Shown here piece by piece: positions 50,701 through 57,845 of a stretch of 57,845 bases of DNA (the stretch's first letter is position 1; each line of letters begins with the position of its first letter). The stretch lies in the NCBI RefSeq assembly GCF_001194135.2, contig NC_068995.1, positions 24,337,683-24,395,527 on the forward strand, in the 5' to 3' direction. Under the pieces are notes generated by a model that was given only the letters and a program-made list of their open reading frames with translations, was not told the DNA's origin and did not search any database. The DNA comes from Octopus bimaculoides (Eukaryota). The position numbers were made by a program, and so were the translations under genes.

Positions 50701-50999
50701 CTGTATACTCACGATTTCCCGATAAACTCTTCACTGCGGATACTTTTCATCGACTGATTGACAGATAGACAGACAGACAGACAGATAGATATCAAAAATT
50801 GATATAAACAGCCATGCGCAATGTGTTACCATAAAGGAAAACTACAATTGTCACTAAATGTGACAGGAGCAATATTAATCCCAAAAGCCAATCTTCGTGT
50901 TCAACGTAGCGTGGATGTTGCTTTAGAACACCAAATACTGCGTTATTTACCTTGAGAGGACCTCTCATATGGATACAGGGTGCATAAAACCACTCATAT

Positions 51000-52140
51000 T
51001 CATATCATTGGCAGACGAGAATCGTGTGTTACGGGCGCTGGAATTTCCAGGAACTGCCCAAGCTCTTCAGTGTTATTTTCATTTTTGCAAAATTTAGACA
51101 ACCGTTTATTCACCGCATCCTGTATTACATTCTAAACTTCATGAATATTCAACATATTTTGACACTACCTTTGACAGCTTGTAGATGTAATCTTCTGACA
51201 AGGCGCGTTCTTTTTGATTCTGTGAATCCCAGGTTCTCAAGATTGGTACTGTAGTAGTTTGTTACTTAGTTAAGCATTCAAAAAGCTATTGGCAGAAAAC
51301 TCAAGATATTCTCTTTTTCACTAATCTTTAATACTTTGTTAACATTTGCTGGGTAACTTATTTCAATTACTGTGCTTAATTTCCGTACTTTGACCCAGAT
51401 AATTATGCCTGGTTTGTTGTGCTAGTGTTGTATTGAAGTCTTGACGGGGATATTCCACCATTTCTTCTGAATTTTCAGTGGTTACGACCCACTCCGCATC
51501 AGTGTAGCTTCTCATATTTCTATCCACAAGATTATTCTTTGTACGGATTTCATTATATAGTGTTCTTGCAATGACCTCATGTATTATAAGTAGGTAATAC
51601 CATAAGGAAATGTTCGGGTTGCTACTTAAAAATACTCATTTATATCAGTGACAGATGAGAATCGTGGGTGACAATTCCGATGATGTGGGTGACAACCTCA
51701 AGGTTAATTCCAAAACTGCTGCATCAGTTGTCGCTTCTGAGTGGTTTACCAGCTTTCATATACCTTTTGTGCCCCAGTATTTTGTAGCCTTTCCTGCTCT
51801 TATATTAATGAAGCATATCCTTCAAAGTGAGAGCTAATATTGCAGTTATTAGTCCAGGATAGACCACTCTGGCTATCAATGTTTCTGTCACTCTGACGCC
51901 ATCTTAGAAAATAGCCATGCATGACCTTTAGCATGTATGTATGCATCCTTTCTTCTAATGACATATTGCGGTAGAATTGTGCAACTTGTTTCGGTGTATA
52001 TCATTGGCCATCAGTCAGGAAACACTTTCTAAAGACCCCATTATCAAACTCACGTGAGAATCATCTTGATTTGACCTGACGGTCTCTTGCCTTCCGGTTT
52101 TGTTGATTCTTCATCAACGCAGGTACTTCTTTGCTAAATT
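51000..52140 (-). mobile_element. Older R4-like LINE C-terminus (same lineage as 21951 and 45678)
   Basis: KVMHGYF..SSHFEGYA..EQE..EVVTHII..RTLYNEIR..WWNIPVKTS..HNKPGIIIW..VIEISYPANVN..LGFTESKRTRLVRRLHLQAVKGSVKIC. Confidence 0.85.
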
Positions 52141-52159
52141 TTTAAGCAACCAAAATCGC

Positions 52160-52740
52160 GGCATTAGATATGATGGGAGTTGGGATAACGGCAACCGATG
52201 TAATAGTCGGGAAGGGTAGAGGTGGTTGTAGTGGTGGCAGTAGTAGTTGTTCTGCAATGGTGGTCATGGTAGTGGCGGTGGGATTGAGTGTGCTGATGGT
52301 AAGAATTGTGATAATAATGGTGGGAGAAGTATATTAATGGTGGTGGTAGTAGAAATGGTGTTGGTGATGATTGTAGTAGTTTTAATTGTGATGGCTGTAG
52401 GAGTAGTGAAGGTGGTAGTGCTGATGGTGCCAGTGACGTACGTTTGTTGTGATGGTGTGATAATAAGGGAGAGAGCGATGGTTGTGGTGAAGGTGATAGC
52501 AATTACGTTGATGCTAGTGATGGTAGTAATGATGATGGTAGTTGTCGGGGTAAGGGTAGTGTTGGTGGTAGTGGTGGTGGTGTTAGTGGTGCTGATGAGA
52601 TATGTTGGCGGTTGTATTACTAATTTTGGTGATATCGGTGTGTGGGTGGTAATGGTGAGTGATAGTAGAAACTGGTAGTAGTTAGAGGCGGTGCAAGAGG
52701 GAGTAGTAGTAGTAGTAGTAGTAACTGTGTTGGTGGCATT
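52160..52740. repeat. Degenerate (GGT/GAT/GTA)n trinucleotide tract
   Basis: Directly visible. Confidence 0.85.
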
Positions 52741-52859
52741 AGTGAGAGGAGCTAATGACATCAAGTTGAAAGCGACGCAATTGATAAACATTAAAAGCAA
52801 ACAGCAACAATTTTGCTTTTAAGCAAAAACGAAAACACACCACACTTACACGCACGTGA

Positions 52860-53317
52860 GCGCGCAGGTAGAAACATACACACACACACACACACATACT
52901 CATGAAAACATACGCATACACACTAATACATTTGCACATACACCTACACAAGCACTTCTACATACATACATACATATATACATACATACATACATACAGA
53001 CGACTTACATATATACACACATACATACATGCATGCATGCATACATACATGCATTTATACATACATACAATCACATACATACATACATACATACATACAT
53101 ACATACTTGCATACATACACACATATACATACATACATATATACATACAAACAAACACATGCATACATACATGCACATACATACACACATACATATATAT
53201 ATACACACACACATAGATACATACACATATATATATACATACATACATACATACATACATGCACATACATACGTACTTACAAACAAACATACACACACAC
53301 ATGCACACGTAGATACA

Positions 53318-53351
<34 letters not shown>

Positions 53352-53530
53352 CATACATACATGCATGCATGCTCACATACACACATGCATGCATACAAAC
53401 ATAATACTTACATTCATGCATATGTACATACACACACATGCATACGTACATACATACACACATATACATACATACATACATACATACATACATACATACG
53501 TACATACATACACACATACATAAATAAATA
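52860..53530. repeat. Long compound (CATA)n/(CA)n microsatellite
   Basis: Directly visible. Confidence 0.95.
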
Positions 53531-53774
53531 AATAGATAAATCACACATATGTATAAATATAGACAGACGGATAGAGACCTGTATGCGCAATATTACTAAC
53601 ATTTTCTTTAGTTTCCTCTCACGTGGTTATTTTGATGTTATTGTCATCTGCTGTTGTTGTTGTCTCTTCTCCGCAGAAATATCGATTGTAAATTTGCAAA
53701 CCTGAGATAAACAACTATTAAGACAAAAATACAAATAAATCATTTCCGACTTGCAGAAATAATGACCAAACGAT

Positions 53775-53858
53775 ATGATGATGATGATGATGATGACGAC
53801 GACGATGATGACGATGATGATGGTAATGACGATGATGACGATGATAATGATAATAATG

Positions 53859-53931
<73 letters not shown>

Positions 53932-53942
53932 TAATAATAATA
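53775..53942. repeat. (GAT)n/(GAC)n/(AAT)n microsatellite
   Basis: Directly visible. Confidence 0.95.
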
Positions 53943-54344
53943 GTACATCCACTGGAATGCTTATAAATGCTACAAAATCAAATCCCATGATAAGTGGTAC
54001 AGGCACCATCCAGAGGATGTAGTAAATGGCGAGGGTGTCACCATCCTTTGGAACTTCCCAATACAAACAGACAGAAAAATTGACCAGACATTGTGGTCAA
54101 GGACTATAACTGAGGAACTTGTCTGTTAATATAAATGTCTGTTCCACAAGATCAAAATGTCTCAAGAAAGAAATACGTAAAGCTTTCTCACTGTAAAGAT
54201 CTGCAAATTGGAATCACAAAACTGTGGAAGCTTAGTACTATGATAATACCAGTAAGTAATTGGTGCGTTGGGAATGATAAAGAAGGGAGCTGAGAAGTAT
54301 ATTAAGCAACTCCCTGGTAACTCCAAACTCCGTGAACTACAAAA
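53943..54344 (+). mobile_element. Dong/R4-type LINE REL fragment starting directly after (AAT)n
   Basis: YIHWNAYKCYKIKSHDKWYRHHPEDVVNGEGVTILWNFPIQTDRKID..GALGMIKKGAEKYIKQLPG..LRELQ; ends at a palindrome. Confidence 0.9.
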
Positions 54345-54479
54345 TTTTGGTAGCTATGTTTAGCTACCAAAACATAGCTACCCAAAAAAATAGAGGCGAT
54401 TTTCGATCTATCAACCTACGATACGATAAATATATCCATTCGAAGAACAAGGAAATGGTGCCATGTCAAGAAGTCGGCC

Positions 54480-56285
54480 TTGAACAAACAGACCCGTGTC
54501 CTATTGTCACAGTCAATGCTTTACTGACAAGCCAAAACTCATGCTGAATCGTTTATCGCCCGAGACAAGGACCTCGTTACCCAGTGGGGAACCAGATTGG
54601 GGTCCAAAAGTCAGCTGCTCGAAAAAAAACTCTCAAAAAACGAACTACCATGTAACTTGAACCAGGATAACCCTAACTCTAGACCTGTAGTGACACCACC
54701 AAAAACACCACCTAAAGCAAAACGCATTAAATTGACTAGAGAGGATTATAGAGATGTCTTGAAAGTTTTCTATACAGCTCAGCTAAGCCCAAACAATAAC
54801 CTTATTGTATAACGAAGTACGCAAATGTATAGACGCAAATAAATTAAGTAATGTACGTAGAGGCATTATTAAGAATAAAAGGTTAACTGACGCTGAAATT
54901 AGCCAAATTAGGATAACAAATATCCCATGGTGGGCCAAATGAAAACAGCAACAATACAGAGGAAATAGGTAACAGATGCACAGAACCCAGTGTACGAGCA
55001 GTACGTTCCAACGAGGAAGCTGAAAAAGGAATAACGAAGAACGGATATGCGGAAAAAGAGGAGAGAGTAGACCTACCTCAAGAATACCAGAATAGATATG
55101 ACACAGAATTTGAGGTGAATAATAAAGAGAAGATCNNNNNNNNNNTTAGCCAAATTAGGATAACAAATATCCCATGGTGGGCCAAATGAAAACAGTAACA
55201 GTGCAGAGGAAATAGGTAACAGATGCACAGAAACCAGTGTACGAGCAGTACGTTCCAACGAGGAAGCTGAAGAAGGAATAACGGAGAACGGATATGCGGG
55301 AAAAGAGGAGAAAGTAGACCTACCTCAAGAACACCAGAATAGATATGACACAGAATTTGAGGCGAATAATAAAGAGAAGATCATAGAAGCAAAAGAAGAT
55401 ATTATGAGAGAAATCAGCAAGACTAAGTTTACTGACATGATCAATAGAGAACCGCTACCAAAGCTCTCAAACAACATAAAAAATAACAACATAATCATGA
55501 TATATAATGTTGTTCTTAGACAGATCTTAAGAAATAAGGAAATTGACCTAACAACTTTAAATAACTTCAATTAGGTATCAGGACGACACAGAAAAGGACT
55601 AACCATGCCAACAGNNNNNNNNNNNNNNNNNNNNNNNNNNNNNNNNNNNNNNNNNNNNNNNNNNNNNNNNNNNNNNNNNNNNNNNNNNNNNNNNNNNNNN
55701 NNNNNNNNNNNNNNNNNNNNNNNNNNNNNNNNNNNNNNNNACAGGGAAATTGGCAAAAGCAAGATAGAAGTAAAGGAGCCACCTAAGACTAAGGAAATGG
55801 AAGAGTTCTGGAAGAAGATATGGAGCAACAAAAAAGAATATAATGTTGAAGCTCACTGGATAGAACGTGAGAAAATGAGACTGGATGAAGTTGAAGAGCA
55901 GAAACGGGAGGCAAGAGGAGTAGAAGAGCTAAGATGTGTTCTTAGAAAGACTCACAAATTGAGAACCTAAGGACTGGACCGGATCTCTAACTCCTGGCTG
56001 AATTGTTTGACAGAAGTACAGCAAAATTTTGCTGTATCCCTAACTGATGTCATTTAGAACCCAGAGCAAATACCTGCCTGGCTGACCGAAGGAAAAACAT
56101 ACCTTCTATCAAACGCTGAAGACACGAAAAAATCCAAAGAACTACCAACCGATTACATGTCTGAACACCAGCTACAAGATCCTCACATCGATACTAACTG
56201 AAAGAATATACACTTTCCTGGAATAGAACGCTATCCTTCCACAAGCTCAAAAAGGATGCAAAAGAAATTCTTATGAATGCAAATA
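54480..56285 (+). mobile_element. Dong/R4-type LINE N-terminal region and start of RT (pseudogenised)
   Basis: RIKLTREDYRDVLKVFY..DANKLSNVRRGIIKNKRLTDAEI..MEEFWKKIWS..GLDRISNSWL..PAWLTEGKTYLL..NYQPITCLNTSYKILTSIL..QKGCKR, with stops. Confidence 0.85.
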
Positions 56286-56704
56286 CTGTGGTTTAGAAGG
56301 TCGTTTATATAGCAACAGATTTTTTTTTTACAAATATACAAATAAAATATAAAAATAGGAAACAAAAGAGAGAAAAAAATTAAAGATAAAGAATATAAAA
56401 TCTAATATAAAAAATAAAATGAAATAAATAATAAAAGAAGACAAAAAGTAAATACAACAGCATGTGTGAAAAAAGAAGAAAAAGGAAAAAGATGGAAAGG
56501 AATGAAAAAAGGTGGAAGCTAAGAAGACAAAAAGTAGTTGAAAATGGTAGTGAGAAGAGATTAGTCCATCAGGAATAAAGAAAGAGAACATGTTTAGGAG
56601 TGGTCAAAAATGTTGTTGAGTTCTTGTCAAAAGATGACCTTTGTGAATCTTTTGATTTGAGGTCATTTTATTCATTTTGGGCATGGCGTGCCCTTATTTA
56701 GTCA

Positions 56705-56738
56705 CATCCAGACATACACACACACACACACACACACG

Positions 56739-56769
<31 letters not shown>

Positions 56770-57240
56770 ACACACATACAAACATACATCCACACATGCG
56801 TGTATACATGCATCCACACATATAAATACACAGACACACACTTACACACCTGCATCTACGTACACGGATATATACACATACATTCTCGCATACACCCACA
56901 CACACACATACACACACACACACGCACACACATTCACATACATACACATGTCTCCATGTGTATACTTATATATATAAATATCCATACGTACACACACATG
57001 TACACACAGACACACACACATATATATATATATATACACACACACATACATATACATGCACTCACACATGCACACACACACACGCATATACATTTATATA
57101 TACACCTGTGTACACATGCTTATGTATTCACACATACACACATAAGGTGTACATCCATACAAACTTATATCCCTATATTTTTATATAAATATATATATAC
57201 GTACATACCTGCACACACACATATACATATATACACACAT
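56705..57240. repeat. Compound (CA)n/(TA)n/(CATA)n microsatellite
   Basis: Directly visible. Confidence 0.92.
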
Positions 57241-57689
57241 CTATAGATATTTCCCCACATATATGCACATGCGTACCTAAGATAATACAAAAAGGAGTCT
57301 ATACTCATATCGGGTGGATGTAAGTGTCATCAAAAAACAGGATTAGATCTCTTACTCTAAAGGTGTCCCGGATGAATTTAACTTCACAGCAAGAAGTACA
57401 AGAGAAGGCAGCGGTGTCAGATTCTCTCATGAATCGAATGTCAAGTTCTAAAAAACTTTTTTTGCGAAATAAGAAATGTGTATGTCGCAAAATCAAATGG
57501 TGTTGCCCCAGCATGGTCATAGTTCGTGAGCTGAAACTAATTCAATTCATATATACTTTTCCTTATTCGGGCAGTGTTTGGTTGGTGTCTTTCTGTGGAT
57601 TGTTCAGGTGGTAGTTCTGATGGTTGTGGTAATATTTTTTGTTCACTTTGTGGGTGCATGTGCGAATGTATGTAAACGTAGATGTAGGT

Positions 57690-57723
57690 GTGTAAGTGTG
57701 TGTGTGGGCATGTATGTGTGTGT

Positions 57724-57756
<33 letters not shown>

Positions 57757-57845
57757 AGTGTGTGTGTGTGTGCGTGCGTGTGTGTGAGTGCATTTGTCTG
57801 TGTGGATGGATGTATGTATGCATGCATGTGTAGATGTGTGGATGT
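57690..57845. repeat. (TG)n-rich microsatellite at the window end
   Basis: Directly visible. Confidence 0.9.

Overview
AT-rich, repeat-saturated animal genomic DNA with 12 N-gaps (1734-2146, 3249-3258, 11755-11951, 13263-13505, 17765-18242, 22294-22338, 31730-32149, 35972-36505, 38474-39083, 41446-41723, 55136-55145, 55615-55740). The two dominant tRNA-derived SINE families and the microsatellite load look like an Octopus genome; this is inferred from recognised repeats, not from a search. I found no convincing host exon, rRNA, functional tRNA or CRISPR array, and almost all listed ORFs are microsatellite, gap or TE artefacts. Recognisable content is all decayed mobile DNA: a CR1/Jockey-type LINE, two L1/Tx1-type LINEs, about 14 R4/Dong-type LINE fragments, an internally deleted mariner, a Penelope-like element (PLE) and about 17 SINE pieces. 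Best leads: (1) a 340-bp-period tandem repeat at 29.45-29.95 kb carrying a type I hammerhead ribozyme fold, like a retrozyme/circRNA unit; (2) a PLE whose inverted terminal repeat holds a minimal hammerhead and whose direct repeat has a tRNA-like head but has lost the hammerhead; (3) three retrotransposon lineages sitting in microsatellites: Dong in (TAA)n, including a 5-element head-to-tail stack, an R4-like lineage in (TACA)n, and Tx1 in (TTA)n.
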